A stretch of 64,000 bases of DNA from Ardenticatena maritima (GCF_001306175.1 NZ_LGKN01000003.1:1-64000); one strand, 5' to 3'. Shown: positions 29,983 to 46,282, numbered from the stretch's first letter. Notes: a model not told the origin generated them from the letters alone. A program made the numbers and translations.

Positions 29983-30030
29983 CGCATGCAGACGTCTCTT
30001 CAGTAGGAGCCGAGGCTTTGTAAAAGGGAC

Positions 30031-30083
30031 AAAGGAGGCCATGCCGGCGCGGTCGTAGGTTGAGATGCTGGCATGGCCTCTTT
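30031..30083. terminator. Long-loop hairpin between convergent genes
   Basis: AAAGGAGGCCATGCCGGC ... GCTGGCATGGCCTCTTT. Confidence 0.55.
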
Positions 30084-30106
30084 ACGCGCACTACCGCTCC
30101 CCCTGC

Positions 30107-31608
30107 TTATGGTAACGGGCGCGAGACGACCAGATTATCGAAGTGGACTTCCACGGGCTCAGGCTCCAATGTCCCAGCGACCAGCGCGATGTCGCCGGTG
30201 GCGTAGGTATCGTCGTAGACTTCGCCCAGCAATTCCCCATTCACCCAGAGCGCCAGGTACGTCTCATTGCATACGGCGTTGATCGAATTCATGGCGTTGC
30301 CCTGATAGATGGCGTCTGAATAGGTCCAGTCAATCAGAGGCACATAGTCCTGGTTCTCCACGCGTGCAATGGTGAAGTAGCCGTCGCCGCTGATGAGGAA
30401 CGAATACCCATCCCCATTCGGCTGAACGCGGCACATGACGCCATAGCCATCGTTGTTATTCGTAGGGGCTCCAACTTGTGTCGCTTCAATATAAATGTCA
30501 ACGTTGGGGACACCCAAAGGATACATGCCCCCGCGTATTTCGTTTTGCGTAAGAGCCACAACAGCGTATGCACCGTCAACGTACCCCGCCATTGAGCCGT
30601 CTTCAAATGTCACGCGGTCCCAGCCCGAATTCGGGTCGCTGAAATCATCAACGAGGAGATGGATATCTTGTGGTACGTCGGGTGGTTGTTGCGGCGTTGT
30701 ATCCATCTCGGTAATGTAAAGCGTTCCCTCGACCGCGTCATTTTCGCCGAACGTTCCCACCCAAATGTCGTACTGCCCCTCTGGTGGGTTGAGAATGTCA
30801 ACCAGCGGGTGAATGGTGCCGTTGAAATCGTCACTGCAATGCCAAACCCCGTTGGGGTCGTTCACGATGAGCGCGGTGTCTTCAAGCGCTTGGAAGAAAA
30901 TGCGCAGACGGGCTGAAGACCCTGCCCAGAACAGACGGATGTCAGGCGCTTCGGCGGCATAGCCCGTGCACTCAGCAGAGGGCAGGTTCTGCGCGGCGAC
31001 GTCAACAGCCCCACCCCCGGTGATGGAGATGGTGTACGGGTCAGGCGAAAACCCGGTCGTCAGGTGAATTTCCCCAAACGTCGGGTCCAGCGTGAAGTTG
31101 AGAGCGCCTGCAACACCGGTGACCGTCCAGGTGGCGTCTGCGGTAATGGGCGTGTTCCATTGCAAAGCAACCAAGTTGCCGTCGCAGTCATCGGCTTCGA
31201 GGTCGTATTGCCCCGGCTCGATCATGAAGGTTTGCGCGCCGCCAATGCCAATCGTCTCCGATTCGCCAAGCCAGTCTGCGCCCCATTCCTTGTTCTGCGA
31301 GGGCGAAATGTACACGTAGCAAATGACGCTGTTGGATTGATTGACGAGCGTCAGGGCGACCTGTTGCGTCTCAGGTGGGGTTGTGTGGGTGGTGGCGGCG
31401 TTGGCGGTGCCGTCGGGGGGGGCGCTGTGGGTGGAACAGCCGTCGGCGGCACGGGTGTGGGCAGCTGCTTGGTGATTGCCCCACCTGTTTTGGGCGGGAC
31501 CGCCGTCGGCGTGACGATGGTGACCGTGGGTAGGACGATTTCACACCCCAGAATGGTGATTGAAAAAAGGGCGATCGTGAGGGCAAAGAGGCGTAGGGCG
31601 GTTTTCAT
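30107..31608 (-). pseudogene. Multi-domain extracellular lipoprotein interrupted by a one-base frameshift (or sequencing error)
   Basis: ATG 31608 with AAGGAG SD, lipobox ILGC and a Pro/Thr linker ending at TGA 31351; the other frame continues PPETQQVALTLVNQSNSVICYVYISP into the 30107-31315 ORF (PPC-like and DUF1080-like beta domains). Confidence 0.75.
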
Positions 31609-31893
31609 AAGAAACTCCTTTCGTCCGTGCAAACGTGCTTACCACTCGGTGGGCTCGTCGTGCGCCACGCAAGAGGACCGGTGTGCAAACAGACAATCAG
31701 AGGCGAGGGGCGTTGAATGTGTAGCGGTTCCCCTGAAACAGTCTTGGCTCGCTATAACAAGTGTAGGGTATTATTGCAGGAAATGGCAGGCACATTTGTC
31801 AGCCGAAAGATGTGTACATGCTCACATGCCGGCGAGTGCTTGCATGACATTTGACATAGAGCGAAGCCCCATGCTGGTGGCGCTCTCAATGTC

Positions 31894-31918
31894 AAAAGCC
31901 CCCAAGCGGGGGCTTTTG
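31894..31918. terminator. Intrinsic terminator after the dynamin-like gene
   Basis: AAAAGCCCCC-AAGC-GGGGGCTTTT. Confidence 0.75.
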
Positions 31919-31947
31919 CGTTGGCGTGAGGTTTTCCGGGCGCGGGC

Positions 31948-33678
31948 TTATGGTATCGTTGGCGTGCCAATCTCGGCTTCGAGGCGGCGCAGCTCAGCTT
32001 CGTATTCGTGCAGCGTGGCGGCGAGTTGCTGCAAATGCTCCTGCTCCGTGCGGACAAATCGCGCGTATGGGGCGATGGCTTCGTTGAGCCGCTTCACACT
32101 CCGCTCAATTTCGTGCGCAAACGCTTCTTCCAGCACACGCACCAATTGCACTTTCAGGTGCTCAATTTTCTCGCGGAACGCTTTTTGGGCTTGCCGCCGA
32201 CGGTATGGAATGATGCCCAGCCCTAACATGCCCAGCGTGCCCGCCGCCAACAGCCCCGTGAGGTCTGCTGCGGAGGTGGTGAGCAGCGCCGTGAGAATCG
32301 TCCCCAAGCCAATCGCGCCCGCCTCGGTGAGCGCCACCTGCGCCAGAGCGCTCTGCACGTTTTCCACCAACATGCGCGCCTCAGCGGAGCGGTCGTAGCG
32401 GGCGAGCACGTCTTGCGCGGCGCGCCCCACGCGGTCCAGCAGGTGGGCGCGGTTGTACTCAAAGCCGCTGGCGGCTTCTTGCGCCGCCCCTTCCAGGTGC
32501 TCGGTGGCGCGGCGTTCGCCCAACAAGCGCGCCATCACACGCCATTGGCGCGCCTCACGGTCAACCATCCAGTCAATCAGGTCTTGCACCTGCCGCTCGA
32601 TTTGCTGCGGCGTGTCGGCAATCACATCGCGCTCAAAGGCTTGACGGAGCGCGCTGGCGTTCAACAGGCTGAAAATGCGCGCAATGCGCAAGGTTTCGTC
32701 GAAAAAGGTTTCGCCGCGCGCCTGCATTTCGTTCAGAATGGCTTGAATTTTGAGGCGGTGGTAGTCAAACTCTTGCTCCATGTCCTGGCGATAGAGCCGC
32801 AGTTGGGTTTCCACCTGCTCAATGGTCGCCAGGTCTTCGGCGAGCAGCGCCTCGCGTTCGTGCAGGCGTTCCAGCGTCTCTGCGAGAATGCGTTTGGCAA
32901 CGCCCAGTGGGCTGGCGAGTTTCAGGCGGACACGTTCCTCAGCGCTCAGCGTTTCAAAGAGGTACGTTTCCAGCGCCGCCCATTCAGGGGGCACGGGCGC
33001 GCCCGACTGTTTGGCTTTGAGCGCCTGGCGTGCGCTCACCGCGAAGATGGTGGGCGTTGTGCCCAGCAGGCGGCTGGCGTTTTCGCGCACAAACTCAACA
33101 ACCGTTGCGCGCGCGTCTTCTTCTTCCAGCAAGTCAATTTTGTTGATGACGAACACAATTTTCTTGCCCCAGTCGCGGATGGTTTGCAGAAAATCGCGCT
33201 CCGATTCGGTGAAGGGGCGGTCGGCGCTGGTGACGAAGAGCACCAGGTCGCTCCGTGGCACAAAATCGCGGCTGATGGCTTCGTGTTCGCGCAGAACGGC
33301 GTTCGTGCCGGGCGTATCCACAATGTGAATCTCGCGCAGGAAGCCGGCGGGGTAGGTGACAACCCAATAGCCTTCTTCGGTGCGGTGCGGCTCTTGTTGG
33401 AGACCGTAGCGCAGGATGTGGATGTGCGCCGTGGTGGGGGTGACGCCTTCGGTGACGTAGCGTTCCCCCAGCAAGGCGTTGATGAGCGCGGATTTGCCGC
33501 TGTTGAATTCCCCAACGATGACCAGCAAAAAGAAGTCGTCCAGGTGTTCCAGCGCTTCATGCAAGCGCTGCATGTGCTCCTCGGGCACGTCCCACGTGGA
33601 AAGCGTGGCGAGGAGATGTTGGAGCAGGCGGCGCTCCTGTTTCAAAAGTGTCGCGTAGCGTTCATTCAGTGTGTGCAT
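31948..33678 (-). CDS. Bacterial dynamin-like (Fzo/FZL-type) GTPase
   Basis: G1 GEFNSGKS, G2 GVTPTT, G3 DTPG, G4 NKID; helical stalk and hydrophobic paddle; likely start MHTLNERY. Confidence 0.9.
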   Translation of the reverse strand: MHTLNERYATLLKQERRLLQHLLATLSTWDVPEEHMQRLHEALEHLDDFFLLVIVGEFNSGKSALINALLGERYVTEGVTPTTAHIHILRYGLQQEPHRTEEGYWVVTYPAGFLREIHIVDTPGTNAVLREHEAISRDFVPRSDLVLFVTSADRPFTESERDFLQTIRDWGKKIVFVINKIDLLEEEDARATVVEFVRENASRLLGTTPTIFAVSARQALKAKQSGAPVPPEWAALETYLFETLSAEERVRLKLASPLGVAKRILAETLERLHEREALLAEDLATIEQVETQLRLYRQDMEQEFDYHRLKIQAILNEMQARGETFFDETLRIARIFSLLNASALRQAFERDVIADTPQQIERQVQDLIDWMVDREARQWRVMARLLGERRATEHLEGAAQEAASGFEYNRAHLLDRVGRAAQDVLARYDRSAEARMLVENVQSALAQVALTEAGAIGLGTILTALLTTSAADLTGLLAAGTLGMLGLGIIPYRRRQAQKAFREKIEHLKVQLVRVLEEAFAHEIERSVKRLNEAIAPYARFVRTEQEHLQQLAATLHEYEAELRRLEAEIGTPTIP

Positions 33679-33706
33679 ACAGTGCCCATCGGTTGTCTGT
33701 TTGGGT

Positions 33707-35740
33707 TCAATCGTAGCGAATGCCTTTGCCTGGCGTGTCGCGTTCTTGCTCCCAGGCGGGGCGGTCATCCATAAGCGCCAATGTTTCGCGCAGTTCCTTG
33801 ATTTGGTCGCGCAACATGGCGGCTTTTTCAAATTCCAGTTCTTTGGCGGCGGCGTGCATTTGCTTTTCCAGCGTGGCAATCATGCGCTCGATTTCCTCGC
33901 GCGGCAAGCGGCTCACGCTGTATTCGGCTTCTTCCTCGGCAACCTGCCGCACGCGGTCGGTCAGGTCGCGCACGGCTTTGGAAATGCTCCGCGGCTCGAT
34001 GCCGTGCGCTTCATTGTAGGCTTGCTGAATGGCGCGGCGGCGGTTGGTTTCATCAATCGCGCGGCGCATGGCGTCGGTGATGCGGTCGGCGTACATGATG
34101 ACGGTGCCGTTGACGTGCCGCGCGGCGCGCCCAATCGTCTGAATGAGCGCCGATTCCGAGCGCAGAAAGCCCTCTTTGTCGGCGTCCAGTATGGCAACGA
34201 GCGAGACTTCGGGCAAGTCCAGCCCTTCACGCAATAGGTTGATGCCGACCACAACGTCATAGACACCCATGCGCAGTTCGCGCAAAATTTCCACACGCTC
34301 GATAGTGTGGATTTCGCTGTGCAGGTAGTGCACGTTGATGCCGAGTTCTGCGAGATAGTCGGCGAGGTCTTCCGCCATGCGTTTGGTGAGCGTCGTCACG
34401 AGCGTCCGTTCGCCCCGCGCCCGTCGGGCGTTGATTTCGGCGACGAGATCGTCAATTTGCCCTTGCGTGGGGCGCACATGAATGACGGGGTCGAGGATGC
34501 CTGTGGGGCGGATAATTTGCTCCACAATCTGCTCGCTCTTTTCCAATTCGTAGGGACCAGGCGTCGCCGAGACGTAGATGGCTTGATGGATGTGTTGTTC
34601 AAATTCTTCAAAGGTGAGCGGGCGGTTGTCCAGTGCGCTGGGCAAGCGGAAGCCGTATTCAACCAGTGTCTCTTTGCGGCTGCGGTCGCCGTTGTACATG
34701 CCCCGAATTTGGGGGATTGTCATGTGCGATTCATCAATGACGATGAGAAAATCATCAGGGAAGTAATCCAGCAGGGTCCAGGGGGTACTGCCGGGTTCGC
34801 GCCCTGAAAGGTGGCGGCTGTAATTTTCCACGCCTGAACAGTAGCCGATTTCGCGCAGCATTTCGATGTCGTAGCGCGTGCGCTGTTCCAGGCGTTGGGC
34901 TTCCAGCAACTTGCCTTGCGCGCGCAGTTCCGCCAGGCGTTCTTCCAATTCGGCTTCAATGCCGGCGATGGCTTGCACAAGTTTTTCCTGCGGCGTGATG
35001 AAGTGCTTGGCGGGGTAGATGTCCAGCGCCGTGTACGCCTGGATGATTTCCCCCGTGAGCGGGTTGACTTCGGTGATGCGTTCGATTTCGTCGCCCCAAA
35101 ACTCGATCCGGTAGGCGGTTTCGGCGTAAGCGGGCATGATTTCGACGGTGTCGCCGCGCACGCGGAACGTACCGCGCCGCAATTCGTAATCGTTGCGCTC
35201 GTAGTGAATGTCCACCAGATGGCGCAGCAGTTTCTCGCGGCGGCGCACTTCGCCCACCCGCAAGTTGATGACGACCTTGCCGTACTCTTCGGGCGAGCCC
35301 AGCCCGTAGATGCAGGAGACCGACGCCACGATAATCACATCGCGGCGCGAGAAGAGCGCCGAGGTCGCCGCCAGGCGCAAACGGTCAATCTCATCGTTGA
35401 TGGATGCGTCTTTTTCGATGAAGAGGTCTTGTTGCGGGACGTAGGCTTCGGGTTGGTAGTAGTCGTAATAACTCACAAAATACTCAACCGCATTGTAGGG
35501 AAAAAACTCCTTGAACTCCGCGTAGAGTTGTGCGGCGAGCGTTTTGTTGTGTGCGATGACCAGCGTCGGGCGTTGCACCCGCTCAATAACGTTCGCGATG
35601 GTGTACGTTTTTCCCGTGCCGGTCGCGCCCAGCAAGGTTTGGTGTTTGTAGCCTTTTTGCAGCCCCTCGACGAGTTTTTCGATGGCTTGCGGTTGGTCGC
35701 CGGTGGGCTGGAACTCGCTCACCAGTTTGAATTCGGGCAT
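33707..35740 (-). CDS. uvrB: Excinuclease ABC subunit B
   Basis: [27 protein letters not shown]-terminal UVR domain [13 protein letters not shown]. Confidence 0.98.
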   Translation of the reverse strand: MPEFKLVSEFQPTGDQPQAIEKLVEGLQKGYKHQTLLGATGTGKTYTIANVIERVQRPTLVIAHNKTLAAQLYAEFKEFFPYNAVEYFVSYYDYYQPEAYVPQQDLFIEKDASINDEIDRLRLAATSALFSRRDVIIVASVSCIYGLGSPEEYGKVVINLRVGEVRRREKLLRHLVDIHYERNDYELRRGTFRVRGDTVEIMPAYAETAYRIEFWGDEIERITEVNPLTGEIIQAYTALDIYPAKHFITPQEKLVQAIAGIEAELEERLAELRAQGKLLEAQRLEQRTRYDIEMLREIGYCSGVENYSRHLSGREPGSTPWTLLDYFPDDFLIVIDESHMTIPQIRGMYNGDRSRKETLVEYGFRLPSALDNRPLTFEEFEQHIHQAIYVSATPGPYELEKSEQIVEQIIRPTGILDPVIHVRPTQGQIDDLVAEINARRARGERTLVTTLTKRMAEDLADYLAELGINVHYLHSEIHTIERVEILRELRMGVYDVVVGINLLREGLDLPEVSLVAILDADKEGFLRSESALIQTIGRAARHVNGTVIMYADRITDAMRRAIDETNRRRAIQQAYNEAHGIEPRSISKAVRDLTDRVRQVAEEEAEYSVSRLPREEIERMIATLEKQMHAAAKELEFEKAAMLRDQIKELRETLALMDDRPAWEQERDTPGKGIRYD

Positions 35741-35818
35741 ACGTCCCTCGCTTCACATTCGGTCAACGGCTCGCAAAAGTGTATTGTAAGACGGTGCCCG
35801 CCTTCCTCCAAACGTCTC

Positions 35819-36829
35819 TTAGGCGCGGCGGTAGAGCAACACCGGATTGGGCTCACGTTCGACGTCGTCCACATTCGCCAGCGTCAGATACCCGCGCTGG
35901 TAGAGATATTCCACATGCGCGCCCGCTTCGGTCAGTGCGAGGATGATGTCGTAGCCCTGGCGCTTCCCGTAATGTTCCAGCGACAACTCGGCGATGGTGC
36001 GCGGATGCGAGCAAAGGTTGTAGAAGCGCTCCAATTTGCGTTCATGCGAGCGGCGAATCTGCTCGATGCGCCCGACAAGGTCGTCCAGCGGTTCTTCATG
36101 CCCGCCCAGCACCAGCCGCACGTCGCGCGCGGCGTGCTGGATGGTCTCCAACGCGGCGAAGTAGTGCCCCAGCCCGGTGTATGGCGTGATGCTTTCGGGG
36201 GCGAGGTGGGGCGTTGTGCGCGGCAGGATGTGGTCGGCGCTGATGAGGATGTCGTCAATGCGCAAACAGACTTGCCCCGGACAATGCCCCGGCGCGTGAA
36301 TGGGGGTGATTGCCCCCAGCAGGTCGCCGGCTTCGGAAAGCCGCCGCACGCCCCGAATGGGCGTGACCAGCGATTTGACGGAGAGGTACATCTCCAGCAG
36401 GCGGGCGCGGCGTTCTTCGCTCACGCCGGCGCGTTGCAAGAAGACCGCCAGCGCTTTCGACGCCATGACAAGCCGCTCGCGGTAATCGTGCAAGATGCCA
36501 ATGTCGAGGTCGTGGACGATGATGGGCGCGCGGATTTCCTCTTGCAGCACAGAAAGCCCGCTGAAGTGGTCAATGTGCCCGTGGGTGATGAGCACCAGCG
36601 AGAGCGTCTCAAGGCTGACGGGTTCGCCGTATTCTTCGCGCACGGTTTCAACATGTTCGCGCAGGGCGTCCACCGATTGGGGCATGACCGACCCCGCGTC
36701 AATGAGCACGGTGCGCTCATCTTCCACCAGCAGGTACGCATAGCCGATGAAGTTGGGGAAGACTTCCAGCGGGAGACGGTAGAGCCGCCGCCCGGCGTTA
36801 GTCGTGTAGCGTTCGATGGTTGGTTGCAT
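35819..36829 (-). CDS. MBL-fold metallo-hydrolase
   Basis: LIDAG, THGHIDHFSG, PGHCPG, ISADH, GGH. Confidence 0.9.
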   Translation of the reverse strand: MQPTIERYTTNAGRRLYRLPLEVFPNFIGYAYLLVEDERTVLIDAGSVMPQSVDALREHVETVREEYGEPVSLETLSLVLITHGHIDHFSGLSVLQEEIRAPIIVHDLDIGILHDYRERLVMASKALAVFLQRAGVSEERRARLLEMYLSVKSLVTPIRGVRRLSEAGDLLGAITPIHAPGHCPGQVCLRIDDILISADHILPRTTPHLAPESITPYTGLGHYFAALETIQHAARDVRLVLGGHEEPLDDLVGRIEQIRRSHERKLERFYNLCSHPRTIAELSLEHYGKRQGYDIILALTEAGAHVEYLYQRGYLTLANVDDVEREPNPVLLYRRA

Positions 36830-36866
36830 GGCATTGCTCCGTTGTCATTTGTTGCACGAACAAGAG

Positions 36867-36890
36867 ACCCGCAGGTGTTCGCCTGCGGGT
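36867..36890 (-). terminator. Hairpin after the gyrA-like gene (weak terminator or RNA stabiliser)
   Basis: ACCCGCAGG-N6-CCTGCGGGT with a short pyrimidine tail on the minus strand. Confidence 0.5.
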
Positions 36891-36918
36891 AGTGGAGTCT
36901 GCCGATACTTTGCGTTGC

Positions 36919-39579
36919 TCAGCGTTTCTTGTCAACGCTCGTTGTTGAGCGGCGTTTTTTGCGCGTGGTGGATGTGCTGCGCTTGCTTTTCGGCGCTTTC
37001 TCCGCTTTGGGTTTGGATGCGGTTTTGGTGCGGCGTTTGCTTTTGGCGCCGCCTGTTGCGGTTGAACGCGTGCGCGCACGTGTCGGCTTGGCGGGCGTGG
37101 GCGGCGCCTCGTCTGAGGTGGGGCTGGCGAGCGGCGTCGTCTTCCAGATGGCGAGCGTCTGCACTTCGTCTTGCGCGGCGAGTTTGAAGGGCTGGCTCCC
37201 GCGGGCGGTGCGGCTGGCTTCTTCCACACGCGCGGCGGGGAGCAACACGCTTTTGCGTTTGGTGTGAAGCAGCAGGTTGTCATCGGCGCTGACCACCCCG
37301 CCGCCGATGACCGTACCGGTGCGGGCGCTTGGTTTGGCGGCGATGACCCCTTTGCCGTAGCGCCCCTGAATGGGAAACTCGTCCAGCGGGACACGCTTGG
37401 CGTAGCCTTTGGCGCTGACCACCAGCAGGTGCGTGCCTTCACTGCGCAACCCCGCCCCAACAACCAGGTCGTCTTTGCCTTGCAGTTTGACGCCCATCAC
37501 ACCGCTGGCGCCTGGTCCCATCGGGCGGACTTCCGCGAGGGCGAAGCGAATGGCTTGCCCCTGGCGTGTGAGGAGCACCAGTTCATCCTCTTCGGTGGGG
37601 GCAACCCCCGCCCAGACCACGGTATCGTTTTTGTCCAGCGTGAAGGCGTTGGCGGCGTCAATCATGCTGCTGAAATGCGACGCCGCGATGCGCATGACGC
37701 GCCCTTGAGCGCTGACCAGCACCAGCGACGCCGACGAGTGCTCATCGCTCATCCAGTCGGCGGGAAAGTCCACCATGGCGGCAAGGGTGTGGCGGCGTTC
37801 GTAGCCGGTGAGCCATTGCGCCAGCGAGGTGGTGGTTTGGGTGTTGGTGCGTTGCGGCACCAGGTGCACACTGCGCCGCCATGCCAGCCCGTCGCGGCTG
37901 ATGATGAAACATTCATGGCGGTTTTGCATGGTGCGCACAAAGCGTACATTGGTGGCTTGCCGCGGCGCTTCCGCCAGGTTCACCACCCGCTCGACGTCTT
38001 CCTTTTGCCCCACCGTGACGACGACGGGCGCGTCGGCGATGAGCGCGTCGGTGCTGACGGCGCCCGTGTAGTTGGTCTCAGTGATGATGACTGTGCGGCG
38101 TGGGTCGGCGTAGGTGCGTTTCAATTCCACCAACTCATCGCGGATGACTTGCAGGACAAGGGCGGGCGTCGCGAGCAATTGTTCCAGTTCGGCAATACGA
38201 TTGAGCAGGGCTTTGTATTCATCCTCGATTTTGCGGCGTTCCAGCGCGGCGAGACGGCGCAACTGCATGGAGAGAATGGCTTCGGCTTGCACTTCGGTCA
38301 GTTTGAAGCGCTTTTGCAGGTTCGCGCGGGCGGTCTCTTGGGTGCGCGAGCGCCGAATGGTCTCGATGACGGCGTCGAGATGGTCGAGGGCGATGCGCAA
38401 CCCTTCCAGCACGTGGGCGCGATGGCGGGCGCGTTCCAGTTCGTACGCACTGCGGCGGCGCACCACCTGGATGCGGTGTTCGATGTAGTGCAGGAGCGCC
38501 GATTTGAGCGTGAGCATGCGCGGCTGACCATCCACCAGCGCCAGCATGATGACGCCGAAGGTTTGGCGCATGGGCGTATGCTTGAAGAGGGCTTCCAGCG
38601 TCTCGGTGGGGTCGGCGTTGCGCGTCAGTTCGATGACGATGCGCATGCCGCTGCGGTCGGATTCATCGCGCAGGTCGCTGATGTTGTCGAGTTTGCCGTC
38701 GCGCACCAGCTGGGCGATGCGCTCAATGAGGTTGGCGCGGTTCACCTGGTAGGGGAGTTCAGTCACCACAATGCGGTGCCGCCCACGGCTCATTTCTTCC
38801 ACATGCGTGCGGGCTTGCACCACAATTTGCCCGCGCCCCGTGGCGTAGGCGTTCAGGATGGTGTCGGTGTTGTCGTGGTTGCGGTCGTTGCGGTAGCGGT
38901 AGATGATGCCGCCCGTTGGGAAATCCGGTCCCTGGACAAACTGCATGAGGTCTTGCGCGGTGATGTCGTCGCGTTGGTCGTAGTGGTCAATCAGGTAACA
39001 GAGTGCGTCGCAAATTTCGCCCAAATTGTGCGGCGGGATGTTCGTTGTCATCCCCACGGCGATACCGCTTGCGCCGTTGACGAGCAGGTTGGGCAACCGC
39101 GCCGGCAAAACAGAAGGTTCTTGCAACGTGCCGTCGAAGTTGTCCACGAAGTCAACGGTCTCTTTGTCAATGTCGGCGAGCATTTCCATGGCGATGGGCG
39201 CGAGCCGCGCTTCGGTGTAGCGCATGGCGGCGGCGTTGTCGCCGTCAATCGAGCCGAAGTTGCCTTGCCCATCCACCAGCGGGTAGCGCATGGAAAAATC
39301 TTGCGCGAGGCGCACCATGGCGTCGTACACGGCGCTGTCGCCGTGGGGGTGGTACTTCCCCAGCACTTCCCCGACGATGCGGGCGCTCTTCTTGTAGGGT
39401 TGGTTGGGGCGCAAGCCCATGTCGTACATGGCGTAGAGGATACGCCGATGGACGGGTTTCAGCCCGTCGCGCACGTCGGGCAGGGCGCGGCTGACAATCA
39501 CGCTCATGGCGTAGTCGAGATACGCGCCGCGCATTTCCTCGTTGATGTCAATCGTACGAATAGTTCCCAAAGTTGTCAT
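36919..39579 (-). CDS. gyrA: Type IIA topoisomerase subunit A (GyrA-family paralogue, possibly ParC-like) with a basic C-terminal tail
   Basis: [34 protein letters not shown]; degenerate beta-pinwheel CTD lacking a canonical QRRGGKG in blade 1; no B-subunit gene adjacent. Confidence 0.85.
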   Translation of the reverse strand: MTTLGTIRTIDINEEMRGAYLDYAMSVIVSRALPDVRDGLKPVHRRILYAMYDMGLRPNQPYKKSARIVGEVLGKYHPHGDSAVYDAMVRLAQDFSMRYPLVDGQGNFGSIDGDNAAAMRYTEARLAPIAMEMLADIDKETVDFVDNFDGTLQEPSVLPARLPNLLVNGASGIAVGMTTNIPPHNLGEICDALCYLIDHYDQRDDITAQDLMQFVQGPDFPTGGIIYRYRNDRNHDNTDTILNAYATGRGQIVVQARTHVEEMSRGRHRIVVTELPYQVNRANLIERIAQLVRDGKLDNISDLRDESDRSGMRIVIELTRNADPTETLEALFKHTPMRQTFGVIMLALVDGQPRMLTLKSALLHYIEHRIQVVRRRSAYELERARHRAHVLEGLRIALDHLDAVIETIRRSRTQETARANLQKRFKLTEVQAEAILSMQLRRLAALERRKIEDEYKALLNRIAELEQLLATPALVLQVIRDELVELKRTYADPRRTVIITETNYTGAVSTDALIADAPVVVTVGQKEDVERVVNLAEAPRQATNVRFVRTMQNRHECFIISRDGLAWRRSVHLVPQRTNTQTTTSLAQWLTGYERRHTLAAMVDFPADWMSDEHSSASLVLVSAQGRVMRIAASHFSSMIDAANAFTLDKNDTVVWAGVAPTEEDELVLLTRQGQAIRFALAEVRPMGPGASGVMGVKLQGKDDLVVGAGLRSEGTHLLVVSAKGYAKRVPLDEFPIQGRYGKGVIAAKPSARTGTVIGGGVVSADDNLLLHTKRKSVLLPAARVEEASRTARGSQPFKLAAQDEVQTLAIWKTTPLASPTSDEAPPTPAKPTRARTRSTATGGAKSKRRTKTASKPKAEKAPKSKRSTSTTRKKRRSTTSVDKKR

Positions 39580-39667
39580 AAATTCTTCACTTCCTTTTGC
39601 GTGGAGTCCGTCAAAAGATACAAGTACCCAAAGTATAGCGCAAGCAAGCATGAAGTGCCAGTTTCAT

Positions 39668-39681
39668 AGAACATGCGTTCT
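39668..39681. promoter_or_regulatory. LexA (SOS) box upstream of the gyrA-like gene
   Basis: AGAAC-ATGC-GTTCT, just upstream of a minus-strand promoter (-10 TATACT at 39637-39632). Confidence 0.72.
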
Positions 39682-39815
39682 TTTCATTTTGCCGGTGCAA
39701 GCGCGCACAAGGGGGTGCAGTGGGAGAACCGTCCTATTGTTTGGGTGATGGTGGCGGTGTAGGGTAGAGAGTGGATGCGAGTGTGTCAGCCGAAATGATG
39801 ACGGAGGGGCGAGCC

Positions 39816-41429
39816 ATGCGTTTTTTGTTAGACCAGGCGTCGTATGAGGAGATGAAACGCCGCAAAGACCATACCCCGGATTGTTATGTGCGACCCGGTG
39901 AATATTTGCACCATTTGTATCGTGATGGCGTGAAGTATGTTGTGGCGCGCGCGTTGTTTGAGTGTATCAAGGAAGCCAAAGCCAACTTTGATAATGAAGC
40001 GCTTGCGCATTTGATGCTCCACAAGCGGCAATTGGACAAACTGGTGGCGGAGGCCAAAGCCAAGGGGGATTTGAACGGGCGCACCATGTTGGGCGACCCG
40101 CCGCCTAGTGATGAAGAAGCCTTGAAAACCCCCACCGCGACGTTCAAGCCGCCGGTTGTCAAGTCGTGGGACGATACGGGGTTGGAGCGTTCGTTCGGCT
40201 ATGAGATGATTTTGCGCGTGATTTACAACCGGGGGCGTGCCACGGGGGTGCAGATTGCTCGCGATTTGGCGCTCCCCTACAAGGTGATTGAACCCCTTTT
40301 GACGGAGATGCGGCAGGCGGAATTGATTGACGTGGTGGGGCAACGCGGGTTCAGTGATTTGAATTACGAATATGCATTGATGAAACGGGGCACTGAAGCG
40401 GTGCATGATGCCTTGAAAAAGACCGAATACAATGGACCCGCGCCGGTGCCTTTTGAGGTCTATGTGCAGGCGGTTGAGGCGCAGTCTCCGCGCTACCTGG
40501 TCGTCACGCGGCGCAACATTCGCGAAGCCTTCAAGGATTTGATTATCACCGATGCGGTTTTCAACGAAATTGGTCCCGCAATCAACTCGGCCTCTTCTAT
40601 TTTTCTCTTTGGCTATCCGGGCAACGGGAAAACGAGCATTGCCGAACGCATCACGCGCTTGATGGGAGACGCTATCTACATTCCGTATGCGGTCATTGTC
40701 GAGGGGCAAATTATCAAAATTTACGATACCGTCGTGCATGAGGCGCTTGATGACCACACTGTGACGCGCGAGTGGGATTACGATACGCGTTGGGTGCGTA
40801 TCAAGCGCCCGGTGGTGGTGACCGGGGGCGAATTGACGTTGCCAATGCTGGATTTGTCGTATAACGAAGTCGGCAAGTTTTACGAAGCCCCGTTGCAGAT
40901 GAAAGCCAACGGGGGCATTTTCATGATTGACGACTTTGGGCGGCAGCAAGTGCGCCCGATGGACTTGCTCAACCGCTGGATTGTGCCGCTGGAAAAGCGT
41001 TACGATTACCTGACGATGGTCACCGGCAAGAAATTGGAAGTCCCCTTTGAGTTGTTGCTCATCTTCTCCACAAACCTGGACCCCCACCAGTTGGCGGATG
41101 AAGCCTTTTTGCGGCGTATCAAGTTCAAAATCGAAATTCGCGACCCCGATGAGCATCAATGGCGTGAAATTTGGCGGCTGGTTTGTCGCGCTAAGGGCAT
41201 TGAGTTAGACGAAGCGGGGCTTGATTACATGTTGAAACGCTGGTTTTACCCCTACAACCGCCCCCTGCGCATGTGCCAGCCGCGCGATATTCTCAACCAG
41301 ATGATCAGCATTGCGAAGTACAACATGGAAAGCGTGACCTTCTCGCCCGATTTGATTGACGCCGCCATTCAGACCTATTTTGTGAGTGAAGAAGCGCGTG
41401 ATTTTGGGGCGGCGGTGCGGCTGGCGTAG
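39816..41429 (+). CDS. AAA+ ATPase with an N-terminal winged-helix-like region
   Basis: Walker A GYPGNGKT, Walker B IDDFGRQ, sensor STN, DEAFLRR; SD GGAGG before ATG 39816. Confidence 0.88.
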   Translation: MRFLLDQASYEEMKRRKDHTPDCYVRPGEYLHHLYRDGVKYVVARALFECIKEAKANFDNEALAHLMLHKRQLDKLVAEAKAKGDLNGRTMLGDPPPSDEEALKTPTATFKPPVVKSWDDTGLERSFGYEMILRVIYNRGRATGVQIARDLALPYKVIEPLLTEMRQAELIDVVGQRGFSDLNYEYALMKRGTEAVHDALKKTEYNGPAPVPFEVYVQAVEAQSPRYLVVTRRNIREAFKDLIITDAVFNEIGPAINSASSIFLFGYPGNGKTSIAERITRLMGDAIYIPYAVIVEGQIIKIYDTVVHEALDDHTVTREWDYDTRWVRIKRPVVVTGGELTLPMLDLSYNEVGKFYEAPLQMKANGGIFMIDDFGRQQVRPMDLLNRWIVPLEKRYDYLTMVTGKKLEVPFELLLIFSTNLDPHQLADEAFLRRIKFKIEIRDPDEHQWREIWRLVCRAKGIELDEAGLDYMLKRWFYPYNRPLRMCQPRDILNQMISIAKYNMESVTFSPDLIDAAIQTYFVSEEARDFGAAVRLA

Positions 41430-41445
41430 CGCACGCAAGGTGCAG

Positions 41446-41480
41446 AAAAAAACGCCCCCACACACGTGGGGGCGTTTTTG
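41446..41480. terminator. Bidirectional intrinsic terminator
   Basis: AAAAAAACGCCCCCAC-ACAC-GTGGGGGCGTTTTT between the ATPase gene and rpoC. Confidence 0.8.
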
Positions 41481-41491
41481 GTGGGCGGGCG

Positions 41492-46282
<4,791 letters not shown>

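Noticed and set aside
29970..30010. Integron attC remnant (CCAAATAGCGCATGCAGACG) after the small AT-rich genes
   Set aside because: Only a vague left-arm resemblance, with no complementary arm, GTTRRRY end or integrase
31850..31896. Imperfect hairpin TTGACATAGAGCG...CGCTCTCAATGTCAA as an ncRNA
   Set aside because: Single copy adjacent to a terminator, with no recognisable RNA family features
37171..39669. Long antisense ORFs (also 15859-17961, 34895-36892, 43922-46033)
   Set aside because: Shadow frames of well-supported GC-rich genes on the opposite strand, with no recognisable motifs
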